Shown in pieces: positions 32,346 to 47,300 of a stretch of 64,000 bases of DNA. How positions within the stretch are numbered: position 1 is the stretch's first letter; the number at the start of each line of letters is the position of its first letter. The translations under genes were made by a program, and so were the position numbers. The stretch is from Amphiscolops sp. MND2022 (taxonomy: Eukaryota). The stretch lies in contig OZ076412.1 of assembly GCA_964187785.1 (NCBI GenBank), positions 9,982,001 through 10,046,000 on the forward strand. The letters are read 5' to 3'. The notes below the pieces were generated by a model. The model ran no database searches and had not been told where the DNA came from. It worked only from the letters and a program-made list of their open reading frames with translations.

Positions 32346-35300
32346 CTAAACAAGACGCCCGCGGACCAGCGGGATATTTTCCGCCTCAAATCTCTTCGAA
32401 AAAGACTACTGGACAACAAATTTGTTCCTTGTTGACTCTTTTCAACATTCCAATCTACGAAGTCTGTCGAAAATTTGACAAAAATTGCATAAAAAACTTT
32501 GAAAATTGGAAAATTTTGGGTTTTATGTCATTTTCGGTTTCAATTTGATATATTTTTCATTTAGAAAACAGTCATTATCTCTTCGGAAAAGCATACTGGA
32601 CAACGAATTCCTGCCATTCCTGTCACGTTAAGCGTTTTCAACATTCTAATCCACGAAGTCTATCGAAAATTTGACAAAAATTGCATAAAAACGTTAAAAA
32701 TCGAAAAATTTTGGAATTTTTTAATCATTTTTTTGGTAATTTTTCTTTTAAAAAACCGCATTTATCTCTTCAGAATACTATTGGACAACGAATTCGTGCC
32801 TTGTTGAACGTTTTCAACATTCTAATCCACGATGTTTATCGAAAAAATGACAAAAATTGCATTAAAACGTTAAAAGTCGAAAAATTTTGGAATTTTTGTC
32901 ATTTTTTTGGTAATTTTTCTTTTAAAAAACCGCATTTATCTCTTCAGAATACTATTGGACAACGAATTCGTGCCTTGTTGAACCTTTTCAACATTCTAAT
33001 CGACGATGTTTATCGAAAAAATGGCAAAAAATGCATGAAAACGGTGAAAATTGGGAAAGTTTTGAATTTTTGTCATTTTCGGGGTCATTATGGGGTCATT
33101 TCCGTCATTCCCAAAAAAGTCCAAAAGTCTTTACAAATACATATCGCATGGAACTAAATTTATGTCAGTTGAATTCTGTGAATGTACTTCTTCATATTAC
33201 GTAAACAATAATTCTTGGCAAATTTTGTAAAAAAAAACCGTTTGATTTAAATATTTTCCTTTCCCATATGAAATATGGGCGGAAAATAACAAAGTTTCTC
33301 ATTTTTTTATTCAGACATCTTCTAAGGTTCTAAAATTCATCAAAACATACGGTTGAACTCAATATTCGTAGAACATACGCTCTTATCAAAATCAACTTGT
33401 AGTTTTTGATGCATAATGATCTGTTAATGGGATTTCTGATCATCGCGAACCACAAATCAAAATGTTGTTCCAACTTCAGTACCGTTGTAAAAACATCGCA
33501 ACTCCCCCAACACTCCCTCCTGTCACAAATACAAAAAACTGTCAGCCACAAACGTTTCTTAGAATTTTATCCAGTTTACAAAAATGTTTGTTCAAAATTT
33601 CTACGACCCATATTGAAGATTTTCATATTCCTGGCAGTTTTCAAGATATTTGGATTTCGAATTTGCAATTTTAAACAATGGAGTTGCGATGTTTTAGAAC
33701 GTTACTGTAGCTCTGAGGTCATGATCACAGTTCTGTGACTATTTCGCGCGCTTACCATGAGAACGAATCGAGTCTGTTTGAGCAGTTTATCCTCCCACTT
33801 GCAGCCAAAAAGCATTTTGTTGGGGTCGTGTTGAGGGACGTACCCGTTTTGACCTCTACAGATGTAGATCTCTGTCAACGCTTCCACGCTTGACCCCACA
33901 ACTTCCATTAGCACACGGTCTCCTGAATCATCAATGTTTTATTCATTAAGTGGTTTGCAAAGAATAAATCTAGCAGCAAAGATACGTTATCTAGCTTTAA
34001 GGTTGGGCGACAATTCGTCCCAAAATCCAAAAAGCGACAATTCGCCCCAAGCGGCAGTTCCTCCCATTTCGAAAAGGCGACAATTCGTTCCATTTGTAAA
34101 AAGAGACAATTCGTCACAAATTGTTCAATTGTTCAGCTAATTAACAACCTTTTGAAGATTGAAATCGAAGAATTGAAAAAATAGTTCTAAAAGTAGAAAT
34201 GATTTAGTATTGCATTTTACGTACTAGACTTGAAATCCTGCAGAATGTGAAAGATTATCCAGTTTGCCGAAAAGAGATCCCATTAATGGCTCTTAATTTT
34301 TAGCACCTGCCTCTAAATGTAATATTTCCGGATTCATTATTACAAAGGTAACAAATGGCAATTAAATTGGTTACGAATTGCAGCTTTTAGTAATTGGGAC
34401 GAATTGTCGCCTTTTCAAAATAGAAGGAATGGACGCTTGGGGCGAATTGTTGGTTTTTGTAATTTGGGACGAAGTGTCGCTTTATGGTAGATAGACTTCT
34501 CGTTTGGGTCAATTAAACAAATTATACCTAACTCCGTAAATTATATTTCTTTGAACTGATTCATCCATAAATGGTCATGATTGAATCTTCCAGAAGAGTG
34601 AGGCTACTGCGAGAAAATAATTTTGAGTGGTTGAGAGTGGTTGAGTCACACTATAACCTTTATATGGCTAATGTTGTTTTTTTTCCAATTAGAGTTTTCA
34701 TCGAGTTTGACCCTAGATCACAGTATTTGATTTTAGTGGAGATTTTTAGTTTCACCCTATAGGAGTTTCACCCTATAGGAGTTTCACCCTATATATGAGA
34801 TGAAATTCTATGGTTGCGAGTTTTTGTGTAAAATAGCTCATCACTGTGCCAAATTGGGTAATTTTCGCAATTTTTTTAAATAATTCAGATTATGGTGCTA
34901 AATGGGGGTCTTTTTGTTTCATATATGGTACAAAATATGGTCCGTTTAGAATTATTTATGACAGATATAGTGATTTTAGTCTCAATTGCTAAATGTTCCG
35001 GGGTTGGCATACATTAGTGTGCATTAGTGTGCCAAAAGGGGAGGACATTTACTTTTGTTGATCTGCTAGAAAATTTGGCAAACATAGGTTTAGGCATGTA
35101 TTCGGCTCGACTAATTTTCAATAACTCTGCAAAAGCAAAAAAAATAGAATCGGCTTACATGATTTGCATGTATGTAGTGGGTTGTTTGCGGCGAAAGGCA
35201 GTCTTTTAGATACTAGCCAATAAGAAGACAAAATTTGGAATTCGGCGGCTTTGCATTCGATTCCACCAATGTGCAGAATCTAGGACTTCTTTGACTGACA

Positions 35301-38300
35301 AATCGACAGAACGTTCCCAATGTGATAAGAACTTACTAGTGAATTACACTGCTTGCAGAGAAATGAACCTAAGCGTGTAGTGGAATGCAGTGCAATGTTT
35401 TGAGCATTCGTTAGGGGGTTTCGTTGTTCAAGATGAAAAAATCCCGAGTTGGCCCTCCATGGTTATCTTCGTAAGATCTTGACAAGATCTTGGCAAGATC
35501 TTGGAACAATCTTGGCTAAGATCTTGTCATAATCTTGCCATGGTAAGATCTTATCAAGAGAGCTATGTTCCCAAGAAAAATTTTCTTGTAAAAACCTATT
35601 TGGCTAGAAAAAATGAACTGAACTAATTTTCTAAAAATTTTATGATAATTTCGATATCGAAATTTGATCCTGACGTCTTTTTCAGTTAGATTGGGGTCCT
35701 CCCCAGTTTCTGCCATGAACAATTCTCTAACGGAATTCACTTCAACTCATTTGCCACGTTTTCCGAGTCTAAAGATTTTTTCGACACCTGAAAAGCCCCC
35801 TTCGAAATATTCAGATATAGCAGTATATGAACGATATCGCAACGCCACTGCGCTTCGTGATGATTATAATACTCGGTTCCTTTTTCTCCATAAACAGTCG
35901 AGGCTGGAAGGTGTACTGAAGTCATTTTGTAACAGTCTACGAAAATATAGCAGTGCTACTGCGCTTCTTGAGCATTGTTTTCTCCAGTTTTGTGTTAAAT
36001 TACTCGGAACATTCTTCATTGGTTTTACTAATTGACCACGTTTTGCTAAAAAGCTATTTACAGATACCGCTGCCGCACGGGCTGAACAATAAATAGCTGT
36101 GCCTTTTCCATTATCAGCAGCATACTATGATTCATTTGGAATCATTTTGTGCTTTCATGGCGGATTAGTTTTGTCTGATTTTGTACGACAAGGAAATCCG
36201 GTAGGAAATAAGAACGCGTTTAGCAATAACATTGTCTAGAAAGCAGAAAGGATTGATTTTTCAATTTCCCATTCTTCTGCAGACGAAATGGTTGAATACC
36301 TTTATTGTCATTTTAACTGAGGTTTTAGAAAAGAGCAAGCTCATTTTGACTCGTAAAAACGTATTTGAAGACACGTAAACATTTTGTTCTTCATGAGTTA
36401 TTATCGATGTTCATCACGGAGTACAAAGATCATACTTTTTTTGCCCTGGTTGAGAATAAATGCATACCTTGCAAGGATCTTGCAAGATCCTTGCAAAAAA
36501 ACACACTACTTACAAGATCTTGTAAGGAAACTTTTTCCTTGAAAGATCTTGCAAGGAATTGTTTTCCTTGAAAGATCTTGCAAGGAAATGTTTTCCCTGC
36601 AATATTCTTGAATTCAATAAACTTCACACTGAGAAATTATGTTAACGTAGTCATGATTTGCGTATAATGTCAAAAACGTTAATAACTATTGTTTCAAAAG
36701 GGCAATTTAACAAATTGGAATATAATATAAATCAATGAAATCCTGCACGGCCTAATTTTAAATCATTAACCAGTAAATAACACTATTGATCTGAAAATAT
36801 TTTCAAAATACAATGAAACTATTTTTTAATTTTTCCGTCACTGAAATGTCTTGTTACTATTTTAATAACTTCACTAAGATCACACTTTTAGAGATAATTT
36901 CTGGAGTTTGCATCTTTTTGGTAGTTGAACCCTCGAGTAAATAAACGTTTGTGGCATCAATCTGATAGCCACGATGCAGCAGTCAATTTGAAGCTCAATA
37001 CACAATGAATATAGAAAACAAAAACAAAAACAAAAAGGAACTTTTCACGAAATTTTGTTCCTTGAAAGAATCTTGCCAGGAAATTTTTTTCCTCGCAAGA
37101 TACTTGCAAGATGTCTTTCAGAAAAATGCATTAACTTGTAAGATCTTGCAAGATCCTTGTAAGGAATTCATTGTTTTCAAACCAGGGTGGTTTTTACAGC
37201 AGCTAATCTTGCTAAGACACGAACTTTCGAAAGTTGAAAAATTGATATTTTTTCAGATACCTTTTTCTAGCTAATTAGCTAAATTTTTAGCGCTAAAAGA
37301 TCTCGGAAGGTGGTTTTGCATGTCATGGTAGCTCTTTAGTTAGATTGCTTCTGACAGTATGGTCATATAGGTAAGTATCTCTTCAAACACGATTACAAGC
37401 CAAGTACTGTTCGTCTTCCAACAATTTGAGCCTGCAAAAGTTTCTTCGAACCATGCTTCTTACCCCACCCGCCGACATCGTTTGCGTTGACTTTTTGGGC
37501 CAATAAAATAATTGCTTTCGAGTTGAGGGTGGGGGGGTGTTGAGGCTGAATTCGAAAGAAGGTGTACCTTTTTTGATTGGGGGGAATAAGAAACATGGTC
37601 CGTTTCTTCAACTCTCCAGTGACACCTTGATTGAGAAGCTTTTCCAAATTTAGAAAATTTTTCTCGCTTTGCTTTAAATTCGAATTTGAATCCCAAAGTC
37701 GATCCCAAATTCTGGATTAGCAGTTGAACTGAAATTTTTTCTTCCTGTAGCTGGTATTGGTAAATCAATTCTGGGAAGTTGGCATTTCGTGCACCAACAA
37801 ATAATTCTAATTACGTTCCGCTTATGTTAACCTTTATAATATGTGTAGGGCATTATGGTTTTGGAGTTTCGGACAGGAAAACCCAAACGAATGAAAGGCT
37901 CGTAAGGGGAGTTGAATTTGGCAGGTATCACTTTTATTTGCAGCTTTTGCAGTTGCAGCTGGAATGTGAACAAAACTTCATCCAGGGGGTCGCATTTGTC
38001 ATTTGGTTGCATAGACAGGCTCGCCTCCGAGAATCTACAGGCTATTAATGGCACAGACACTCTCCCATTGAACAATGGCGCTCTTTCTGGGCTCTGAAAC
38101 AACAAACAACTCGAAAATTAAATTCACTTTTTTGATTGCATAAACTTCTGGCACATTATAAGTTTCAAAGCAGCGACATATTCAGAGTGCTATTTGACTA
38201 ACGGTCATTACATAAGGTACTTACTTGGGAAACTTTAGCGTGAAAACAAAGTGATCGAGACTGTGAAGAAGTGGAAATGTTTTCAGTTTTAATGTTTTCA

Positions 38301-41300
38301 GTGGAAGCTGCATCGTAATCCTATAAAAAAATTTTCAAATTTCCCATTCATGATTCCTGAACTTTACATGTTTTGTAAAAATTAGCCTGATTTTTGAATG
38401 CAGTATGTAAAAAGTTGGTTTTGCATTCATTTGAAAACATCTGAAAATTGAAAGGATCTTTTCGTGGAACAAATGTTTTTGGCAAAAGTCGCATGATTTC
38501 AAAAACGAAAGGCGAATGCTAAAAATGAAAAGTGAAAAATGATTGCCTAATCATAATGATGTTGAAATATATAATAATTATCACTTAGATTCGTCTGAAA
38601 TGTAAGATACTTGCAAGATTCTTGCAGAAAATGTCTGATATATTCCACTTTTGCCAGATTCTTACTTTAGTTTGGGAAATCGAGAGCACCCACTGCTTGT
38701 CATGGATAGGTCCTATTTGTCCCTCCTTGAGTCCGAGCTGGAAGTCCTTTTCCATGGAAGCGAAATTCAGTTCAGAGAAAGTGGAAATGACAAGCTGGCC
38801 ATGGTCAAATAAAGCTTTCGTTGTGAAATGGACAAGCAGAGTTTCCATGTCTGTTGTCTGACGTAAGTCCAGCTTCGTTAGAAATAGGGAAGCTGAAACA
38901 AAACAGTACTAAAAATTCAGTGAAACAGCTAAATATACCTTAATTAACATCTAGATTCAGCAAAAAATAAGTTAATTTTCAAAAAAAAATTCATGGACAA
39001 GATCCTTTAGAGATAATATACAGATACATCTTGCCACAATTGTGAAGAAACGTGCAACCAATCTTGAAAAGCCATCTTTCCTTTCGTTCCATTTTTCGAA
39101 ATTTTCCCGTTTTTCTAAAAGCATTAGTCTTTTTTTCTTCATTTTTGTGGCCTTCAAACATAATTAAGAACAGCGTTGCTTCAATTTATGCTGCATTATG
39201 TTGAACAAGGATACCTGGGTACAAATCTTTGTCGCCTTGCCGCTCGCTCGAGATTCCATAGAACCAACCCGATCCTTTACTCTCCCTACTTGAAGCCGAG
39301 TAGGTGTAAATCAATTGCACTTCGGCTTTTGAGACTGCCACCTCGAAGTTATCATCCAAAGTCACGATATCCAGAGGCGATCTGGCTCTTTCGGGTGCTT
39401 TATATTGTATCTTGTGCATCCAAATTGGAATCGTGGCCTTCATTAGAGGCTGCTCCTCGCTTTCGGAAACCATGAAGTACCTTTCTTGAATAACCCCACA
39501 CTTTTTGAACAATTGCGGCAGAGAGAAATTCACATGATAGTTCCAGTTGCATGTTTTGTAATCCAGGTTTCCGTACAAACCAGCCATCAGTTCGCCTCGT
39601 ATCTTTTCATCGTGCTGATGAGGAAAAGAAGCAGTTGACTTCCAGCCCAGATATTCTGGGTTCACTCGGGTTAGAAGGTTGTTCGGGAACTGGCAAACAT
39701 TTTCCAGGCTTGTTCTCCTCACAGTTTCATCAGCCGCGATAGCTGATAAAGGGGACCCTGGTAAGGGTGAGCCGACGGTCACCAAAGTGTAGGTGTTAGG
39801 GGTGAGAGATAGGTGCAAGTCTAGTCGGAGAATGTTCGGGTCATCTAGAAGCGCAGCCGACACCACTGGGTCCGATGACGCATGTCGGTCACAGTCGTTT
39901 ATCATTCGGCTGCTAATGTACAACGGCTCACCCTCTATCGTGTCGCCTGAAAAAAAACAATTTCAAGGTGACAGTGCAATTGGCCGACCGCTCAACTGGC
40001 CGACTGTGCAGTTAGCCGACCCGGATGAATATGATTGGATATCAGTCAAAATACTCTCAACTTTTTCATGCAACAATAACTCTCATCGAATCAAAAGTTA
40101 GATGTTTATCGAATATTTGTTTGTGAATATGTTCGTATTTCTCATTTAAAAGAATACAAATAATTGAAATGATTTTGAATCAAGATCAGGTCTATTTCCG
40201 GATCTCTACAAAAACCCTATTTCATTTTCAAAGATTTATAAACCCCATTTCAGGTTATTATAAACCCCATTATAAACCCCCCCACCTTCATTATTCCGCA
40301 GTTGTGAAATTACTTAGTCAGCCAATTGCACAGTCGGCCAAAAGCGCCCTCGACCAATTCAAGTAGCACCAAATTCCTATACTTTTAAGTACGTTGCATA
40401 AGGATATTAGAAGATTGGCTCTAGCACAATTAGACGACCGTTCAAGTAAGCGATTGATCAAGTTGGAAACTATCAGCTGTTTCTAAAATATTATTGGTTG
40501 ATTCAGCTTCGCTGACATACTCCGATTATGTAACCATTACAAGTTGTGAGCGGAACTGAAAATGGAATACATGCAAAATCGATGATCAATTGCACAGTCG
40601 TCAACTGAGCGATTTTCCGATTGAACAGTTCCCTAGAAGGTTGCCATATTGTATAATCGATATAATTCGTGTTTCTCCCTCTAACTTCGCCTACTTTTGT
40701 TGAAACTTGAACATTATAATGTTCAAGTTTCAACAAATGAATTTGTTTTTTTTTCAAGTGATAACTGACTGAACAACGAAGCGATCAAAAACATTTTTTT
40801 TCTAATTATATTTAGTAAGAAATGTTTTTGATCACTTCGTTGTTCAAGCTGTTATCACTTGAAAAAAACAATATCATTCAAGAGAGCGACAAGTTCAGAA
40901 AGTATTGAAATTTTTGAAAGAGGGCCCTTTATGTTCTATTGTGCCCTTCTTGGTTTGTTTTGTTTTATTCTTCAAAAGCTCATTTTCATCCAAAAAGGGC
41001 TTAATAAAATAATACTGGTTGAAGCACAATAGGCCTGATTGAAGAAGAAAAAAACAAACCAGGAAGGGCCCAAGTCGGCGCCCCGGCCAAAGGCCATAAA
41101 GCGTTAAAATTCTTGCAACTTGCTCAGGAACTTATAATAAAACTGACTAACATTTTGAAATTTTGCTGAAATGTCCTTTTTGAACTCCAAAAGTCCCACA
41201 GTACGAAATAAATCCAGAAGTGAAGTAATTAGCCGGATTGCGCTTCTGTTACTTTGCCAATAAATTGAATTTCTTGCAGAGTATAGGTACAGACTTAATC

Positions 41301-44300
41301 ACTGAAGGCAAATGGTCACGTTTTTGGAGTTCAGTGAGAAACAAAATTGTTTTACTAAATTCACAAAGACTGCTAGACTTACAAAACGACAAAACGAATG
41401 TCGCTGCTCCTGTATGTTTATTAGAAACAATATTTTCCGGACCTACAGGTTGTTTTCAGCGCCGCTTTTCTGACGCTGTTCTCCTCGTTTTCGGCATAAT
41501 AAGAATTAAACAGAATTGTACCTAATGAATACTTTTATCAATATTTTCAGGTAGCATATTGGAGCGAAAGACATTCAGAAAAGAATGCAAAATTTATTCT
41601 TTTTAACGTCAATACTTTGACGAGGCGCAGAAGAATATAGTCCAGCTTCCATTGTATTTGAAATAAGTGTATCAACTCCAAAATTGGTATGCGCCAATGA
41701 ATAATCTCGGCAGTCGCCACTGAAAATCTAGCCTTCTATTTTAGCTTACAGCAACAACTCATATCAAGTGACAACTGATATCAGGAGACAACTCATATCG
41801 AATCGAAAAAGCGACAACTCATCAATCGACAGTTCATATCAACCAAAACTCACATCAAACAATTAATTCCTCCATCAAGAAAAATTCAAAGAATTCATTA
41901 CGAAGAATATAGAGTACTGTGATTGAGAAATCATCCCCCCGGGAAATTTTAGGCATTTAAGTTAGACATATAAGATTCCTAGAATTTCATCTAGTTTACA
42001 TTAGTATTTTTTAAAATTTCGGAGACAAAACTTAAGTTACAAATTGCGGATTTTGAGCAAATTTGGGACTTTTTTCCGTTTCTCTAATTTTTGACCGTTT
42101 CATCCACAGTTTGTTTTACAATTTTTATTAGTCAATTATATCGTGCAAATCTCCTGAATTTATGGATATTTTTAGATTTCAAAAATTATCAATTGTTTTC
42201 GAAACATCAGGCTCGAAAGGTGAAATTTCGTCGATTTACATGTATCAAAATAGGAAATAGAGAATTCGCCGTGAAAAAAATCAGTTTTTTTTTATGTAGA
42301 ATGTTTCTCAAACAAAAATTTTACCATTGAAATCTATACAATCTGCAGAATCCGATGAATTTAAAATTTTTAGGAGAAAGTTTTAAAAACCTGCTAAAAA
42401 CTGGGAAAAGAGTGAAGTATTCTTTTTGCGCCGAAGATCTCAGTTGATGCGCCAATCAAATTTGGAAGTGAGAGCAAATAGGCAGTTTTAATTGGTTGAC
42501 AACGACGCTCAGCGCATAGGGGGACAATCTCATTATCACATCTTGATCAAAATGTTCGGAAATAAAATAACCTTGAGTGGAAGACCATAGAATATGAAAT
42601 GATTTAGTAATTGCTACTAATTATAAAATGTTTTTGGAGTATAATTTAGGTATTTGTAACCCATTGAAAAACCTGATATGAGTTGTCGCTTTTTCCTAAT
42701 CGAGATGAGTTATCGCTTGATGTAATGTGTCGTCTTTTTGATTTGACATGAGTTGTCGCCTGATATGACTTGTCGCTTGATATGAGTTGTCGATATGTCT
42801 TATTTTATCTATTTTAGAAATTGTTCAAAGGCTCCCCCTTGCAGTGTTTGCCCTTGAATTGGTGTGTTTTCGGCCTTTTCACGCATATTTTCATGCCGAA
42901 AATTATTTTTCGTAAATGTTAATAATCACCAAATAACTTTGAGCTCTCCAAACAAAGTTTAAAAATGTATTTTTAAGGATAACCACACCTTGTTGGCCAT
43001 TGGTCCCCACAGCTGTAGTGGAGCACTGAATTTGGTCTCCGGGCTTGAAGAATATTGGTTCCAGTATCTTAGAAGAGGCACCGTTGGCATGAAAAACACT
43101 CTGGCCCTCTTTGATGGTGTAAAAGCGACTTCCAGAGTCAACTGGCTTTATACGCCAGATGTACATGGTGCGATCATTGTCCACATGCTTACATGCTTCT
43201 CGGAATCGATTGTAGTGGCTGTTATTTTGCCAGTTGTATTCAAACATATCGTCACAGCCCTGAACATTCACACACTTCGCATTTTCTTATATTGATTACA
43301 GCACATGGCTCCTTTCTGCAACCCCCCCCCACACCAAAATCCAAAATTGTTTTGAAAAATTAGTGATAAGATGAGAAAAAAACTTAGAATCAAATCAGAA
43401 ACCTTCAGTTTCAACTTTCTTCTCAGAATGACTGTTTAGAATTACAGATGAAAAGCTTTGTTCACGCTTTCTCTCCTTAGAAGGAAGAAAATCACTCATT
43501 CTTGACCACTCATTTTTGTCCACTCATTTTTGACCAGGAAATCAACAACTTCATTTTTTGAGTCTCAAAAACAGTTAATTTTCAACATATTCGCTGTCAA
43601 AACGTGTGAAAATAATTCTATTCCAACGAAAAACTGTTCCAATAGAAAATATCCTACGATAATGGAAAGGAATTTCACTTTTAATCCGACCTTTTGAAAA
43701 ATAACTGTAAATTTTCTCTAAAAAATTCTGATGGTGGGGGAAAACAGAAAAGAGCCCAGCCCATCAGAGAAACAAAGTAAATCCGCATAATCTATCGAGT
43801 ATCTTTTTAAAAGTTATTCGCTAAAAACTTTGAGTTTATTTGAAATTGTTTTTCGACAAAATGATTCTGAAGAACCTTTTGAGAGATAATTTATGATGCG
43901 CAAATGAGAATAATAAACAACTTGCTATATGATACAAGCTGGAATCCACGTGTTTAAAAAGTTCACGCGGTTACGTAATTCTTTAGTTCATGGAGTTTTG
44001 TTCATTGGAGGGCAACCACAGGTCAATAAAGTCAATTGAGTCAACCTTGTCAATTTTCGTGCGCTTTTCGCTGATTGGTCAACTTTTGCTTAGTTTTCAG
44101 GATTTATGTAATCGTACTTGAGGAATGAACAGCATCAAACAACGGACAAAAGCGCTGACATGGTGAGAAGTTTCTCAAAACTCAATAATCTAAAGGCGAT
44201 TGATCGAAGTTTTGTTATTAAGAACGTTGAAAAATGTCTGATTTTGTATTATAACAACTTTGTTGTTTAGTAATTAACCAGATATTTGCTCTGAACTATG

Positions 44301-47300
44301 AATTTTTGTTGAGTATAGGGTTAATTTGGTCAATTTTTGGTCAATCAAGTCAATTTTTACTGACAACTTTTCGATTTTTGCGGTAAATAGAGTCAAATTT
44401 TTGAGGACAAAAAAGAGGGATTTTAAGGTCATGGCAAAATTTCTTGCCTTAGAAAACCATCCATAATTTTCAGCCATGATTCATTCATAGTCTGCCAAGA
44501 GGTCTTTTATATGATTCTGATTATCTAATTTTACCGATGTACTGTTACCTCCAATTACCGGGGTAGCATTTTAGTCTATTTCCATACATTTTCGTCATGC
44601 GATTACAGTGATTTTAGATATGATTCCACCAAAATAGTAATTTTAGATATTTTTCCACGAATGAATCATGGCGCAAGCCATGGCCGGACAACTTAGGTAC
44701 TGTCTCGTACAGTGACAATTCCCAAATTTAGTTTCCTTTCGATTATGACTTTCATATTTGTAAAATTTCAAAAACGAAGTATTATTGAGGAAAGATTAAA
44801 TATAGGTACCGACCGAAAGACAAATGAGTGGAACCCCGTCTATCAAAGTTTTCTGGAAGTAATTGGGTCGTTCTCCATTCAAGATGTTGAGAGGAATGAC
44901 TCGCGGACTTTGTGGAAAAGTGAGTTCATGGGTTTCGTAGGACTTGTCTCGGATGAATATTTTGGATGTATTTTTCTGAAACAGGCAGACAGCATCAGTA
45001 TTTTTATTTGAGCAATGAGGTTCACTCAGCCGAAACATGACTTGAAGAAGCAGGAGTAAAAACCCATTTGAACATTTCTTAACAAATGGACATCAAAATT
45101 TGGCTCTTTACCGTTCCCCCCACCACCACAATTTTTTTAGGCAGTTAGTGAAAATTCTATTACAAAAAGACTTGAATACAAACCAGAAACGTTCGATTTT
45201 GAATTTATTTCCAGGGTGACAGTTTAGAATTCAGATACAAACTTTATATTCCCATTTTCTCTTTTTAGGAAGTCAAACATTCTTGATTAGGAGATGATTA
45301 GGAAACTTCCTGTTGTGACTGACAAAAGAGTTATTTTCTACATATTCACAGTCAAAATGTGTGAAAATATTTTGTTCAAACAAAAAATTGTTCTATGAAA
45401 TATTAACTTCCTGTTATGAAAGATGGTTTACCTTTCAATTAGGCTTTTAATAAAGATATTCACTTTCAAAAATTTTGGTGGTAGAGGGAACAGAAAAGAG
45501 CCCAAACTTTATGGACGTGGAGTATCGGAGTATGAATGCTTCCTCAATATGATTGGGCGAAGGGTATTGAGGACAATCGCTGAATTGCTGTTGCCACTTG
45601 AGTAATAAAAGTTACAGATAATTCCAAAATGGGAGAACGGGATAAGTCGGCGCCCCGCTTAAGGCTCAAAAACAGCAAAAGGACGTCAAAGCGACAAGTA
45701 TTATCTTCCACAGTACCCAAAAACCCCAAAAGTTGGACCGAACTGGCGCGCTGAAGGGAGACCGTTATGTGAATTTTCAACATCCATTCTCTTGCAAAAC
45801 ATCAAAAACACTGAAGGGGAAGCTTTGGAGACCTTTAAAAAAAATAAATAGTCACAGTAACAAAAACAATTGAAAGGGGTCTTTAGTCTCGTCCGGTTTA
45901 GTGAGTTATACTAAAAAAGGAACAACTATTATAGTTCAGTTCCTTGGCACCTATTATTTTTGTAGAACTTTTGGTAGAACTGTTTGGTCAGTTCGTGTGG
46001 ATTGAAAAAACCTGCCACTATTACAGTCGCGTTTCACTTCATGAAAATGCGCCGACTGAAAATGACAATCTAGTTAAAATCGTGCGAGCTATCTTGCAAG
46101 ATCTTCCGAGATAAAGGATTATTCTTGCAGAGCATATTGTAAATGGCTTGCGAGAAGCCACAACCCTTACATTTTTAATCAAAATCAGTCTTGAACAAAC
46201 AAGTGTCTTATGAGACGTCTCAATGAATTGTGCTTAATCTGATCAACCGACGGTGTTATGGACAAACCCTGACTCAGCATGTCTTGCAAGTCCTTTTACA
46301 GGATTTCTGGTCTCAGAACACGGCCGGTTATTCCATCAAGAATTCTTTCATTATGGAATAACTTGCACAAAATAGGCCCCTCCGGTGCTCAATACTATTT
46401 CTGCTTTAATCTTTCATTAATAATAGAATCATATCTGGAATACCAATACACTCCTGTTTAATCATTATTTAGCGCACAATTAATCACTGTACAAGTTTAC
46501 ACCGCCTTTAATTCTTCTCGGACTAAAGAAAATATGTATAACTACTAAGCGCAGACGAAGTTTCGCATTCGCATTTGAATGCAGGCGAAGCTCTCAACGA
46601 ACGAATGATTAACATTCATTCGCTTCATCTCAATGACGTCAGCATACGAATGCATAATTACCACTCGCTCTTTCCATCGCAAGAGTATTGAAAGGTCGTC
46701 GGCAGCTTGAGAAGTTTAATTCTCACGCTTACAGTCATTGCCGAACAAATATCTGAATTATTCAGTATCGTGCGAAAAATTGTACTGAAAAAAAGTAGAC
46801 ATGTTGAGATTTCAATAATATTCCTGCTACCGCAGAAAAAATGAAAACGCATAGGACTCGAAAACCACAATTCCACAACTGTGGAAGCAACAAAAAGACC
46901 ATTTTGAAAAATTGGGACTTTTTCTTTTGGAAAAAGTCTCATAGTGCCAGAAAACACCAAAGAAGACCCAATAAACCCAAACTTGATGGACGTATTCTCA
47001 TTTGATGCCACCCTATAGTTGAACTAGTTGATGGTGTCAGACAAAGTTTAGGTCTACTTGACAGGATCCCAATTATTATTGGTCGTCAGGAACCCAACTT
47101 TTATCTATAACTTGAAAACAAACAAGGCGAAAAAATGCACAAGGTCTATACCAGCCACAGGTTTGGAAGTTTCGAAACAAAGCGTGACTAGAATTGAACT
47201 TGAAAGTCAATTGCTGTTAAAAGTCCAGATTTTTGATTTCGAAGGGCTCGGGGAACTTTCGGCAATTTGTTTCGAGACGCGAGTTCTTGAGATATCATTC

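Noticed and set aside
35700-35960. Weak hAT-dimerisation-like reading on the minus strand (..LWRK..ALRY..SEYFEGGFSG)
   Set aside because: Contains stops, is too short, and the region has internal repeats; could be chance.
46658-47011. ORF with a plausible acceptor inside a FREM intron
   Set aside because: Exons 50073-49943 and 44975-44814 already join in frame with no gap in the domain; no family motif.
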